Assembly: GCF_963676685.1 (NCBI RefSeq)
Contig: NC_092357.1
Span: 60,574,001-60,638,000 of the forward strand
Direction: 5' to 3'
Length of the DNA: 64,000 bases
Origin: Mytilus edulis
Taxonomy: Eukaryota
This document shows, one piece after another, positions 1 to 14,200 of the stretch (position 1 is the first letter of the stretch; every line of letters starts with the position of its first letter). Below the pieces are notes generated by a model. It had not been told where the DNA came from. It ran no database searches and saw only the letters and a program-made list of their open reading frames with translations. The position numbers were made by a program, and so were the translations under genes.

Positions 1-375
1 CAAAATTCTTTGTTCATTGTTCGGGGTTGGGTTGTTTTTTACCTTACGTTCTTAACTTAAAGATTATTAATTGAGAAAATGCAACTTTAATATAGATGTA
101 AAATGATAAAAAATACAAGACTTGTCTATTTTTATAATCTATTAGTTATGAACAGGCAAACTGTAATGAACGAATCGCTTGTCCGTGTAAAAGAAATTCG
201 CAATATTTAAAAATCTTTAATAAAAAACTGTAATATGACTTATCATTGTTATCCCATTCCTCCGAAAATGAAAATTTAAAAGCGAGTAAAGATAGAATTG
301 ATATAATATTTATAAGTTCTACATTAAGTTTTTTCCTTAATGCATGTAAACCTGCATAATTATATTGCATTGAAG

Positions 376-3300
376 GTGATACAGTGATTTCAATAACTAT
401 AGCTGCGATTGGTGCAATAGCTGCAGTAGGTTCCGCAATATGTGCTTGTTGTAATTATAAGCTAAACCAAAGGTCTGGTAAGTTAAATGTATTCAAACTT
501 TGTATACGATCTTACGATAATTATATGATTATGTTTACATGATCATAATTTGATATAAAAATTATAACATTGTGATCCTGAATAATATTTTGAAAGCTAA
601 ATTGCTATTTTTAAAATGATATATAATTGCAATAATACTGAATATGATATAATGAAATTAAAGAAGTCAATGTTTTGTTTATCATTACTTGGTTTTACAA
701 GAAGCTACAGTGACCATTAATTATCAATTGTATTTCATTTCTTTTAAATTTGTACAAGAACCGTAAAAAAGTATAATCTGAAAAATTACAAAACATGCAT
801 AGGAGAATTTGACACTGTTAACACATTCTTTACTACAATGCATGAGCAAAAGTCAATCATGCATGTGCATCCGTAAATAATTTTCGATTAAGAAATAGAT
901 CATTCATATTTTTAGGTTTCTTCTTATCGCATAAAACACCGGGGGATAATAAGATTGACCAAATAAAAGAACTACCATAGGAAGCTCTGCCTTAATGTAT
1001 TCTCATCACTCTAATCTGTGTTTTAGGAAAAACCTCAAAATATGCATTATCTCAGCTATATAACGTCAAAACATATTTTTTTTCGGTAAATATTGGTAAT
1101 CATTATCCAAAGGTGATGCATATAATTTACAATGTACCTGTGTTTTACGGGTTGCATCGAATGCGGCGTATTTGGTGTTATCTTGTTATTTGCTTGGTAT
1201 TCAACAGTCTCATTGCATACTACTGTGGACTCATGTGTATATATATGTCCAATCGAAGTTTCGCCCCCCTGTGTTAATTGAACGCAAATTTCTCAGATCA
1301 CCAGGATACTGACGTCAATACTCAGATCACCAGGATACTGACGTCAATACGCAGACCATCAGGATACTGACGTCAATACGCAGATCATCAGGATACTAAC
1401 GTCAATACACCTACTATGGTGCAAATGGCGAATATTACGAATGATGTCGTTCTGTCAGTCGGAACACGGTTAAGCGGGACAAGTTTAAGCTTACTCATAT
1501 CATGTTTTGGTCCGGTTATAATACACAATACACAAAAACAAAAAAAGGTATACGTACGCGGGATTATAAGAGTAAACAGATGTTGTGAACCGTATTTCAG
1601 TCAAGGCACCATCCCTGGTCAAACAGTGATGATGAACTCTATATCATCATCCCAAGAGACCTTTCTAGCAATATTTACCTACACTAACAATAAACGTGTA
1701 ATGTTTATCAAATGTCTTTATATACGAGTTTGCTAGCAGTAAACGACAAACGTAAAAGTAGAGGTGGGCGTTTATTGAGAAGTCAAAAAAGTCCTATGTA
1801 AAACCCTACAGCCTGCCCGTAAAGCGTAATACTAATAAACAATATATGACGCGTTGTTATATGTATGATATATTTTTTAAATGTATTTATTTACTGATAT
1901 TTGACATAGGAACCCAACAGCCATTATCGTCAACTGAACTGAATGCATCCACAGGTTAAGTATTATTTACACTTCTAAATTATAGACTTATCATTGTTTT
2001 AAAAATTTACAAAAGTGAAAATATTGGATACAAATATTTATTGAGTTGGCGATATTTAACTTTATTGGCATCACACAAAAGAATATACGTTATCTGTCCA
2101 CGGAAGTAGATGAAAACATGTGTTTCGAACTATTTAACTTCGTGTCAAAGATAAATTCACATAAAATGATAATGATAAATTATTCAAATATTGGTGTGAT
2201 GACTAATATTCGTATGAAACCTTGAACACAAACAACAACCAGCTTTATTATCAACATATTGGTTTATAGTCATATCAATATATACCAGGTTTAATTTTGT
2301 GCATCAGACACAAATGTAGTCTAAATTCGATTCACCTGTGACGCTTTAACCATAACAGCACGGTGTATATTCATAATCTTTTACTGAGTACAGTATCTGA
2401 AAGGACGCGTTTTCTGACTTGAAAGGAAGCAAAACCGTCGATTCTACTCCGTGAACAGTTAAGATATAAACAATAACAAAATAACGAAGATTAGAGTCAT
2501 TGAAAATAAGACATTTTCAAGGTTGTGCTCAATTAAGCTAAAGTCAAATCAGCATGTATGTAGTTTATTTACCGTATAGCGAAATACGCTAGTTTCTTCT
2601 TCATAAGACTCTTTAGTGACGCTCAGATCAAAATAGTTAGAAAGCCAGTAGTATAAATTTGAAAATTAAAAAAAAGTTGTTCCAAATCAGGCTATTTAAG
2701 GTAATCTTTGTTTGGGATAAGAAAATCCTAAGTATTTCGAATAATTTATACGTTTGCAAACAGTTAATTTTAAAGAGATTTGGTATGAATAAACATTTCA
2801 AGATGTGATACTTGCAACAGGTGACAGAGATGTTGAAAACATGAATAACAGTAGATCACAATCACGGTACGTACTTCAAAATATCTATGCATTTGAGTAG
2901 TAGTTTATAAAGAGAAATTATCAAGATTTCCTTTTGAAATCAATCATTTTCATGTTTCAGTTTCCCCCTCTCTACCATGTCTACCGTATTTTCTGCTTAA
3001 GAACTCCTATATTGAATGGATTTACAGCCATGTTGACCATATATTTATAGATTGTGTTTAGATATAGGAAGATGAGGTGTGAGTGCCAATGAGACAACTC
3101 TCCATCCAAAAAACAATTTTTAAAGTAAACCATTATAGGTCAATGTACGGCCTTCAACACGGAGTTTTGGCTCACATCGAACAACAAGCTATAAAGGGCC
3201 CTGAAATTACTAGTGTAAAACCATTCAAACAGAAAAATCAACGGTATAATCTATATAAAAAACGAGAAACGAGAAACACGTATAAATTACATAAAGAATC

Positions 3301-6205
3301 GAAAACTACTGTACATCATATTCCTGCCTTAGGACAGGTGCACACATTTGCAGCGGGATTAAACGTTTTAATGGTACCAAACCTTCTACCTTTTTCTGAA
3401 ACAATAGCATAACATCACAACATAGAAAAACACACGATAAAATATCAATTGGAAGGCTTAACTCAATCAAAAAACGTAAATTAACACACTATGAACGAAT
3501 AAATTTGATCTGAGATATCTGAATGTCTGACTGTGTAGTTCTGTTGTAGGAAATTTTTTCTTTCTCTTCTACAATCCTAATTTTCTACCACATATAACTT
3601 GTCAAAATGTCAGATAACTCCTGCAACGTCACATCGAACCTTTGAAAAGTGTGCACGAAATTGTTCATATTATCCTTGATAAAAATGAGAACGGTTGTTA
3701 TATGAAATAAGAGAGGCTTTCTAAATAGCCACATGTTAGTTCAAATAACACTATTCTTAATCTCTAAACTGTTTCTTGTTCGAAACGGATACCTTAACAC
3801 TCCGGTTATGGCAACAAAAAAAGAAAATGCTATTCCGATCGACATTTCTTTGTTAAGTGATATATTTCACCAAGACATTTGACATAAAGAAGAACATATG
3901 GATAATTAATATCTTCAGAATGACTTCAGTTTACGTTTTTTCATACCTGCAGATCTAAAAAAAAAGGTACCATAAACCAATTGACTTCGTTCTCATGGTA
4001 GCCGTCACTTTGTACCATTGTGTGTCATTTTTCTCGTTGTTAGCGTATTTATATGGATAAATTGAAGATCAAGCATATCAACCATTGTACAATAGTTGGT
4101 GGTAACAGACAATTGCTATTAAGTTGTTCGAATATAGTAGACTATTTTCTCCCGATTCAAAGGGACATTCAAATTCTTATGTTGACAAAAAACTAACAAC
4201 TCCATAGTATTAAAAGAAAAGCACTTCGCCTTGATATAATTCTAAATTTTTGCTGTTGGTCAGGTTTCATTCTCCAGTATGAAATCATGATAGGAAATGC
4301 AAACCCAGCAATTTCAATTTATACCTTTTATACCTTTTATACCTTTTATCTTCGGGTCGTTACATAAGCCAAAGGCTTCTACTGCTCTTGGATTGTCGTA
4401 TATGATTTCTCATCTCATAATAATATATTTATATATAATATATTAAACTTATAAAAAAATACTTATTTAGGTGTGCGCAGCTGAAACACTTAACACGCAC
4501 ATATCAATGTATATAGGTTCCAATTTTCGCCATTTAATGCAGACTTAAAATTATTCAGAGTCTTTGCCGTCACCGTTAAATCTGACAGGTTATTCCACTG
4601 ATCCACTTCTCTAATTGAAAAAGTATTTAGTCTATGTGTGGTCTTACACTGTTTTTTTTTAAATTTAATGAGTGACCTCTAGTATTAATAGATGGTGCTA
4701 ATTTGGATATGCATACTCCATATGCAGGGAACGAAAAGATAGATCTAACTTGTATGACAGTCTTTATATTGAAAACAATGTTTGAATGAATCAACATTAT
4801 ATATATATAATTATGTTAAAAAAAATAGTGGTTCAGCAGTCAACATTGTGGGATCATCTTATTTACTATGAAGATAAACAAATATTTCAACAAAGAAAAC
4901 CACATTAGCACATAGACATAACACATAACCATGTTTTATTGTGTTGCGTACAATAGTATATCAATAAAGTATTATAATTTTGCCATATGATAATACTATA
5001 TATCATGTCACTCATAAATCGTTTAAAGTGTTTGTAGCTGGTGCATTCAAGGCTTTCCTCTCTGTTATATGTATTGTGTGTATCATATAATACTTGTTTG
5101 GCATGTTTAAAACCCCTAACTTGGGAATGCATTTTTAATGATGATCTTAATCGTATATTTATAAGATTAAAAGAGTTCTGTCTATGTGCTAATCAATTTC
5201 AAAGGCTAATATACATAAACAACATACGTCTGTGTTACAGTTCCCGATCAGAAGTGGAAAATAGCACCAGACCACAAAGTTCTACAGGTAATATATATAC
5301 TACAAGTAAACAATTCTACCCGATAAGAGAAATTAATTGACTCTTCAAAAAAGAAAAAAAAAGAAAATAAATAACCATAAAAAAACTTTCTGAAACGAAA
5401 TCAATTTCAATATTTTATCCACACTACTCTGTGTAGTGTCAAGAGTACATATCTGTTGATAAAATGTGTATCACCTTTGTATGGTATCTTATTTGGATTT
5501 TACAATGTTGCAGAGTGATTTATGACTGACAAAAATCATTTTAAACATAGCTAACTACTAAAGAAGAAGGATGAATACATTTTGATTTTTTTTGTATATT
5601 TCGAATAATGTCATATTTTATTCCGTCGGCTTCTAAATCGTTCGTTGACATTTAACTTGCAAAACTAGAGAACTAAGATTACAAATGGATATTCAAACTA
5701 ACAAGTCAAAGATAAACTTACAACGGAATGGTAATAGATGGACTCGATCACGGAATTGATGCGGAAGGACACTTCGAAACAAGGAGCTATTAATATAGCA
5801 ACGTTTTCAGTATCAATGTTGCCATCATTTCATTCTTGAAACTAACAAATATGCAAAAAATCTAAAGTTTGAATTACAGTTGATATGACTCATTGGATGC
5901 TAGGCAGTAAATTTGCAGAACCTTGGAATCACTCTGTACGGGAATTAAAAGACTATATTTGTTCCAATGTATAGATTTCTGCAAATACTTTTGATATCAA
6001 CTTCGATATTGCTGATTTTGTTCCATCAACGATTTCAAGACGAAAGACTTATTTATTTAGACATCTCATATCATTATAACTGATTAGAATAATCAATCGA
6101 AAAGGTTTATATAAGTTATCAATTCTGCTCCTACATATGCTAAATATTATTTGTTTTCATTTCATCATTTCATTTTGTTCTATAGGTCCTGGTACCAATT
6201 CTTAA
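376..6205 (+). CDS. 3' part of a single-pass (type I-like) membrane protein: TM helix, Cys-rich juxtamembrane segment and short Ser/Thr-rich tail; 5' exons lie upstream of the window
   Basis: Phase-compatible AG/GT exons: 376-477 (DTVISITIAAIGAIAAVGSAICACCNYKLNQRS), 1910-1954 (GTQQPLSSTELNAST), 2821-2866 (GDRDVENMNNSRSQS), 5241-5287 (RSRSEVENSTRPQSST), 6186-6205 (GPGTNS*). AATAAA at ~6530. Confidence 0.65.
1292..1407. repeat. 29-bp tandem repeat x4 carrying TGACGTCA (CRE) palindromes
   Basis: Unit ctcagatcaccaggatactgacgtcaata at 1292, 1321, 1350, 1379; the fourth copy has TAACGTCA. Confidence 0.9.
3060..3520 (+). mobile_element. Abundant unclassified interspersed repeat (SINE-like), near full-length copy
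   Basis: The head gaagatg(a/t)ggt(g/a)tga(g/t)tgccaatgagacaactctcca recurs at ~23300-23555(-), 35140-35290(-), 54908, 56088, 57905-57980(-), 59030-59170(-), 60015-60245 and 62025-62170. Confidence 0.7.
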
Positions 6206-7734
6206 TGTGATGTATTAGAGACAGATACAGAAACGGAACACTAAAAAACACTTTTTTTTTCATTTGATCTAAAGTATTTCCTAAAAATAGCATTTGTAAT
6301 TAGTTTGAGAGTTTGTTTGTTTTTAACGGTTTATGCCAATTGTATATAACATGTACATGATGTACGTTTTACATGTTTTAATTTTAATATTTTATATTGA
6401 ATGTTTGTTAACTTTCTAATAATTTACTTTGGAATGTGTATCTTATTTTTTTATCATTTCTTTTGACACAATGTGTTATTATTAGCAAGTGTTCATGTGT
6501 ATATCTTGTGTTCAAATATAAAATGACTGAATAAATAGTCAACGATTAATCTTACAGGGCGATGGATCATGTTAAATGATTCTATACACTACAAAATATA
6601 ATATATAACAAGTCAAAAAGGGTACAACATCACCATTAGATAACTATACAATGAACAAATATTAGGTATTTTGGATAACATATATCCTTCTTCAATAATA
6701 GCATGATGTCAAATGAATCATGTCAATATATTCAAACAGAGAAACTATCATAATCTGGACATTTGTACAATTTAAGCGAACACCACAGACGCTGGTACAA
6801 TTTTAAAATTGTGTTCAAATATATAATATGTATGTATCGTTTTTCTATATTTACTTCATTATTATTTCAAAACATTGTTTATCTAAGACAATAAATTAGT
6901 ATTGCTATTTCGTACCGTCCTTCGTGTTCCTTTTATGACAGTCGAAGACCCGACCGGTCACCGGATTATACTATTTCATATGTATTAGTGCCTTTATTGC
7001 AAATATTTACATCAGAATTTTTATTTTGTTTTAAAACAAATATTTTCTTCAAGCCAACCAAATAATTAATAAGTTAAAGTACCAGAACCAAACTGTAAAT
7101 TTGGGTAACAATAAGCGGTGCCCATTTTCAAATGCATACATCTCAATCAATAACAACCACGAACAAGGTACAAATAATTGAAAACTGATCAGCCTAAAGT
7201 TAAGAGATACTTATGGCGAGATCCTACATTTGCCGTTGTTATTTTACCTGATTTTTGGGGGTATTTATGAATTTTTCTTAGAATTAAATATGACACATAT
7301 GCATTTTAATTTCATTAGAATAAATATCATTGTACACATAGTATGCCTTGTCTACATACCCTACTGACAGAAGCACACACTTTTTTTGGTTCGAGATATA
7401 ATAGTTGTTCAATAAGGATCAATTTAATTGTGACGTTACCTATTTTACGAATAGGACCGGAAAACTAAACATATTTTTATGATTGAAAAACTCCTCCTTA
7501 GTAGTTCCAAATTATATTGCATGGAACGTTTGAATATCTGCAATTAGATAAATATATTGCTGAGAATTATTAACTGATCATTTAAAAGTTAAAGTTAGCA
7601 TATGTATGCCATATTCTAGTTTGAAGTTTTCCACTTAGCCAATGTCAAGGGAAAAATCCTCAAATGAAGCAAATCTTTTAGTTTCAGAGTATCCAGATCA
7701 TAAAATTCATTATGATATTTAAAAAGAGTATATC

Positions 7735-8055
7735 TGCTGGTGGACTGTTAGTCCCCGAGGGTATCACCAGCCCAGTAGCCAGTACTCCGGTACTGGCATG
7801 AAAATACGGATTTTTTTGTGTTATTGAATTTGCTGTTACAAAATATTAAAAATTATTATAAATTAAGGAATGTATCCTTCATGCAAAGCTCTGATTTCTT
7901 TCACGGATTTGGCTATACTTTTTGAAACTTTTGGATTATAGCGCTTCATCTTTTATATAAGCTTTGGATTTTATATATTTTGGCCACGAGCATCACTGAA
8001 GAGACATGTATTGTCGAAATGCGCATCTGGTGCAGAAAAATTGGTACCGTTAATG
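7735..8055 (+). mobile_element. Hammerhead-carrying repeat (putative non-LTR retrozyme), subfamily A
   Basis: Near-identical to 45372-45650; ends in a hammerhead motif. Confidence 0.75.
7990..8033 (+). ncRNA. Minimal type I hammerhead ribozyme, subfamily A, intact
   Basis: gcatca-CTGAAGA-gaca(tgtat)tgtc-GAAA-tgcgca-TC^tggtgc: conserved core, 6-bp stem I, 4-bp stem II and palindromic ATGCGCAT stem III. Predicted cleavage after 8027. Confidence 0.85.
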
Positions 8056-9718
8056 TTATTATAATCAATCTGTTTTCCAAGTGATTTAAAAAATCTGACA
8101 AAAAGCAAAAGCTTGACTGAATAGATCGACGAAACGGAAAGAAGCATTTTTTTAATGTAGAAAATCGTGAATTAAAACTCGTTTTATAGCTAGCTAAACC
8201 TCTCAATGCCTGTGCCCAGTCAAGAATATGACAGTTGTTATCCATTTGTTTGATGTGTTTCAGCTTTTGATTTTACCATTTTATTAGGGATTTTTTTTTT
8301 TTTTTTATTTTCCTCGGAGTATTTTTGTTATTTAATTTTCACTTGTATTACGGTCACATGAACTTCCATTTTACTAACAACGATGTGTAAACAAAACTAA
8401 CAGACAAAATATATCACAAATGAGGGTACAGCAGTCAACATTATGTAATAACCTTAATCCCTATAAAAACAAACAAATATTCACAAGGAAGCACAAAAAG
8501 GCATATAGTCAAAGCACATTAGCAAAAATTTACAATAACCGTTAACATAATGACATGACGTATAAATACAGTGCCATGTTGCAAAAAAACACAAAAAGGC
8601 ATATGTAAAAACACATAAGCAAAACAGAAAGACAAGAATACAAAAATTAGCATAGAACAATGACGAGTTGTATAAGTTCTGAGCCACGTCATATGTTTGA
8701 AAAAGGCATATAGACAATGCAAGATCTTGTGTGAGGCATATGCATACTCCTCTATTTCAATAGTCAGTAAATTTCTTTATAACAAAATGTGCTGGCAATT
8801 TTAATTTTTTATCTTAAAAAAAAGTAAGATAAAAAAAAACGAACTCCGGAGACACTTCAAAACGGAAAGTCCAAAAGCAAACGACAAAATCAAAAGCTCA
8901 ACACAACAAACACATTCCTGACGTGGTACGGGCATTCTCGTATGTAGAAAATGGTGAGTAAATACACCGCACTTTTTAAATAATGTCAAGCGTTATGGGA
9001 GATGCAACTGCAACTGCAACAATTGTGAATTCTAAATTGTTAGTATTTTTGTTTGTTTGAATATTTTCCCTACACGTACCCCGTAATTACAAAATCCATT
9101 TAAATTTAAACTTTTATTGAATACTTGTTACATTTAAGTATTGTGCTTAATTCGACTTTTATGGTTGAGCAACTTTATGGAAATTTAAATTACAAACTTG
9201 ACTTAATAGAACTATTAGTATATAACTTCCTTTTAAATGCTTAAATATCCCATCTGCGAATAATGTGAGATTCATACTTTCAATGGCTTTGTTGTTAAAA
9301 TGCCTTATCAATAACGTACGAGGTAAGAGACAGTATTTTCTCTTTATCTGTTTATTAATTTTATTTGAGTTTTCATTGAAATCTTAAATTTCTCTCTGGT
9401 TGTACGAATGTTAACATTATGTGTGTGTAAAATGATGTCCGTGCATTTGATATATAGCACATTAGCTTTTTTATCATACGGATGTGACGACATTTAAATT
9501 ACCGATAACATTTCCACTAACATGACAATGCATACTATTTGATTCCGTTTGGCCTATGATCTAGAGACCGTTAATACATATAGTGGAACATTTCGAGGCA
9601 AAAATAATTAACCATACAAAATGTATGTCATTCCTTAAGAAAGTTAATGCCTATAAATGATAATGATCTTTCCAATATATAAATGTTTGGCAAAAACTAT
9701 AGTAAAGAGTAACATTAA

Positions 9719-10821
9719 GGTGGTACCCAACACTTTCACTAAAATTAATTTGGCTCGTTTAATTTTCATAAAATTTTGTTAAAGTATTTATACTGAGCCA
9801 AAAAAGTTTAGCAACACTTTTTTTTTTACATTTTTTGTTTTTCGTTTCTGGAAAAAAAAATCATTTAAACATCATAGATATACTCCTTAGTTTTACCTGT
9901 AATTTTAAACAGACGTACTTTTTTCCTGGTTATTGATTTCACGCCATTTCAGCTTTGCACATGTAGTTGATGTTTTACCTTCTGTACCTGTACTTTTAAT
10001 ACGATATTAAAAATTTCTTTTTCACTAACGTTCAGAAACACACCATTGGTAAGAAAACACATACACCTTTGAAAAAATTGCATGGGGCGTCAACCAGGCC
10101 TCCCCGACAATGACCATCAGAAAGCTCTTGGAATGGTTGATGCCGGAATAAGTGTTGCTGACATCGTGGTTCGATTTAATTTGCATAAGGCAACAGTTTA
10201 GAGACTAACAAACAGATATCGACAAATTGCATCTGCACAGGATAGGTTGATATCTCGTAGACCAAAAAAACTATCGTCAAGGGAGGAGCGCTACCTTCGC
10301 TTTACGTCAACATGTGACAAGTTTTTTTCTAGCCACAAAAGTAGTGCATTGACTAAGGGCAGCTGCTGGTGTACCTGCCAATCCTTTATTTGGTGCACTC
10401 AGGTCATGGCTAAGAAATTGATTTTGAATAACACTATACTAATTTCTGCATTTTGACCCTCCCGCGCTCCAAAAATCCTAATGAATATGAGTGATAACAT
10501 TCATGTTGCTTCTGACATGTTATATTTCCATTTTGTTATTATTAAAATTGTATGTTGATATGATTTTGTAATAAAATAAAATTTCTAATTTTTGTTGCTT
10601 AACTTTTTTGGCTTAGTATACTTTGACACTTTAACAAAAATATAAAAATTTTAAAAATTTTGAACCAACCGTTTTGTCAGAAAAATTACACTGGTTATAT
10701 AGCAATTTGACAACCACCAATTTTAATCATTGAGAAGCTTGATATTCCTTTTACAACACAACGTAATTAAAACGTTTAGCTGACTTTACAGAGTTATCTT
10801 CCTGTAGTGTTAGGTACCACC
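9719..10821. mobile_element. Kolobok-like MITE (273 bp, TTAA TSD) interrupted by a Tc1 insertion
   Basis: TTAA|GGTGGTACC...GGTACCACC|TTAA. An uninterrupted 273-bp copy lies in the opposite orientation at 26426-26698. Confidence 0.85.
9791..10618 (+). mobile_element. Internally deleted Tc1/mariner element with a transposase N-terminal (HTH) remnant
   Basis: TA TSD (9789-9790, 10619-10620) and ~25-bp TIRs TACTGAGCCAAAAAAGTT...AACTTTTTTGGCTTAGTA. From 10082: MGRQPGLPDNDHQKALGMVDAGISVADIVVRFNLHKATV*RLTNRYRQIASAQDRLISRRPKKLSSREERYLR, resembling the Tc1 HTH and GRPR linker, with an in-frame stop. Confidence 0.85.
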
Positions 10822-11260
10822 TTAACCACAAAATATATCAGTAAACTAGAATATTGCGTCATGAATTACACTCTGGTCGATATACAATAGGAACTGGTCA
10901 TTTATTCAAATTTCATAGACTCGGTAGGGCTTATCGGTCCCTTTAGAACCTCTAGTTACAAACATACGTGTTAACACTAGTTTTATTAATGGCTATTGAT
11001 ATGGTATGCATTGGTATTAATCAATATTGAAGACTATAGATGATTTAAAGTTGAAAATGTATATAGTTAAGTCTCAGTAACAGGTTTATATTTATCACTG
11101 TAGCATAAATGCATAGGCTGCAACAGTCCCAATTTCTTTCAGTATTTTTTCTTGTTTTATATAAAGATAAAACCAGTGACCACCACAGCAAAAAAGAAGA
11201 GCACGTGACAACAAGATCAATAAAAATTGGCGACAAAAGGATTCAGCTTGCAGTGCTCTC

Positions 11261-14200
11261 ATGGTACGTGTGAATGTTACCTGTCAATCAAATAAACTCA
11301 TCATAGCTGGATAAAATTGTGTATTTTCGCCAGACACGCGTTTAGTCTACAAAAGACTTATAAGTGACACTTAAATTTTTCAACCAAACACTACACTACA
11401 GATTTTTTCGTTAAAGCAAATGCTGAGATCTTCGTGCGAAATGTATCATATTGCAATAGTCAATAACAAAATTAATATACAAAAATGACGAAAATTCTGA
11501 ACTCCAAGGAAAATTCAAAACGGACAGTCTCTAATCAAATGGCAAAAATCAAACGATAAAACACATCAAACGAAGGGACAACTGTCATATTCCTGACTTT
11601 TTTAAATGTAGAAAATGGTGAATTATCACCCGGTTGTTTGTTGAGTTCATTCTGCTCAGTTTTTATTTTGTCATGTTAGTTTTTGCAGATGATTGCGTGT
11701 CTCTTTGGTCGTTATTTTGGTTATGGCGTTATCAGGTTTTTTTTCGACTTATAAGTATAAAACATCTCAGGGTGACAGAAATGCGAACTATACCAACGGG
11801 ACATTCAAAGTTGCTAATAAACTGACAACGACATGGCAAAAACAAAGATAAATACGAAAACAAAATCACAAAATACACAAAGCCACAACATAATATACTA
11901 AAATATGAGCAACACGAACCCCATCAAAGAATACAAGTATTCGTATACAGTTCACAATAAGTCTATTTGCTTTTGTAAGTGGCTTTTGTCTAAACTGCTT
12001 TGTCGTTCGCATGATTCAGTCGAAGCATCCCTTGTTATAATGATATGGGTTTTGTTTTTCTTTCTTTCAAGTCAGTTATTTGAAATAATTTTTTTTAATA
12101 TATAATAGAATTGAGAATGGAAATGGGGAATTTGTCAAAGCGACATCAACCCGACCATAGAGTAGACAACAGCCGTTAACATTTCTCTTGCAGGATGATC
12201 AGACGGCAGATGATTCAGACTTTGTTTCTAGTGTTAGTCTTCGACACTTAAGCAGAGAACTAAAATACAATTACTATGATTGTTATACACAGCATGAAGG
12301 AGGAATGGAATTAATGGACGGACACGCAAAAGTTATTATCAAATATATGGCAGATCAGATACTTCCAGGGAGAATCATAGAAGCCGGTATTAAATTTTTT
12401 TATATAAGAATAGAGAACAGAGTAAAATGACAAAAATATCGAACTTCGGGGAAAATTCAAATCGGAAAGACCCAAATCAAATGGAAAAACCAAAAGCTCA
12501 AACACATCAAACGAATGGATAACAACTGTCAAATGCCTGAATAACCCATATACTTACTTATAGATAACTTAGAACATAAAGCCAATCCCTTTTATTTCGT
12601 GATACTTGTTTCTTTGAGGAAAGTGTGATTTTTTTTCAAGAACATTCAATGTCTGTATAATAACTACTGTTGTAGTTGCTCGTAAATAAACTAGTATATG
12701 CATTTATAAAATCGTAAAACCGTAAACTAAATCGTAATCAATGTAAACAAATACAACCATTGAACTGTCCGATACTTTTCAATAAAACCATCAAGCTTTT
12801 ATTGTGTTATAGATAACAAAATTTACGTTTCCGATTTTGAGTACTTTTTTTACATTAAATATGCATTCAGTAACCAATTGTAATTGAACGAAAGCAAGAT
12901 TAGCTTGTATTAAATTGATATAATAGGTAAAAAATAATTGTCGCAGACATATGCCTGCGTTGAACTTTAATCATGAGTGAACCTATAGTTGGATTTGTTC
13001 CTCTCTATAAAAGGAAGGCGGATTAACCATAGGGGCATTCAAACATTCAAAAAGTAAAAAAAAAAAAAAAACAGAAAAGCCATGTCATTAAAAGAAAAAG
13101 ACCAGACCAACAGACATACACAAGTACGCAACATAGAAAATTAAAGACTGAGCAAAATAATTCGAGTGAAGATTTTCAAAAATAGCATTTTAAACTATAT
13201 GTATTCAAATTATGTAAAAGAAAAAAAGACAAAATCAAAAAAATACTGCACTCCGAGGAAAATTCAAAACGGAAAGTCCCTAATCAAGTAGAGTTTGGAT
13301 GGCAAAATATTTAATGGCATTACTTAAAGAAACCGAAAGAATTTCGAATATCTGGCAAATGTCAAAAACAAGAGGAACGAACATCTTTAAACACTTAATA
13401 CATCGATGATTAAATCCTCAGAACCGTTATTATAGTGAAACAAAGCCAATGATATTAAGACGCAAAGTGTATATGTGTCTTAAAATCTAAATTTGCTACC
13501 AATACGGCATTTAATCCTGATTTTGATATTTCTTTTATCAATGGTCAATTTTACGTAACTTTTCCTTTTTTCCAAGTTCTCACTTATGTCTTTAAACTCG
13601 GATAGATAAAAAAACACGAATATTTCATATTTAATTGGTATTTACTTTACTGGGTTTGTACTTGCATGAGCAGCACGACGCGCTAAAATACTCGGGTTTG
13701 ATCTGCTTACACTCCGAAGCAACTAAGATTACTTCCGGTTGGTTTTTTTTTTTTATCTCTTTAGGAAGCAGAGCAGAAGGAACCATGACACCTTCTCACG
13801 ATGGCTTAGGCTATACACTACAGGCTGACTCTGACTTCATGTATGAAGTCGATACAACTGGCTTCAACACTACTTTTACTCTTGAGGACACAGAACATCC
13901 CGGATTTGTAAATCTATGTATTGATTCGAAAGAACACCTACCCTATATATTTCTTAATTCCGTGCTGGAGAATGAAATTACAAAATTTATGAGACTATCT
14001 CCTTCGAAAATAAAACTTCACCTATCCATAGCGTTTGAAATTCTTATATCTATGATGAAAAACAATATTGAAAACATAGATCATGATATTTTCGAAGGCT
14101 TCGAGACTAGAACAGAAATCATAGGCCCAGCTGTTAGATTAAAGTGTTTTCCTCAAGAAGAAATATTCGAGCCTGAATGCATATTAATGTTAGGCGAAGA

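Noticed and set aside
1292-1407. 29-bp direct repeats as a CRISPR array
   Set aside because: Units are contiguous with no unique spacers, there are no cas genes, and the context is a eukaryotic intron.
13635-13764. N-terminal 43 aa of the 422-aa ORF as coding
   Set aside because: It starts at a TTG and runs through a polypyrimidine tract (FFFF) ending in the AG acceptor at 13764, so it is intronic.
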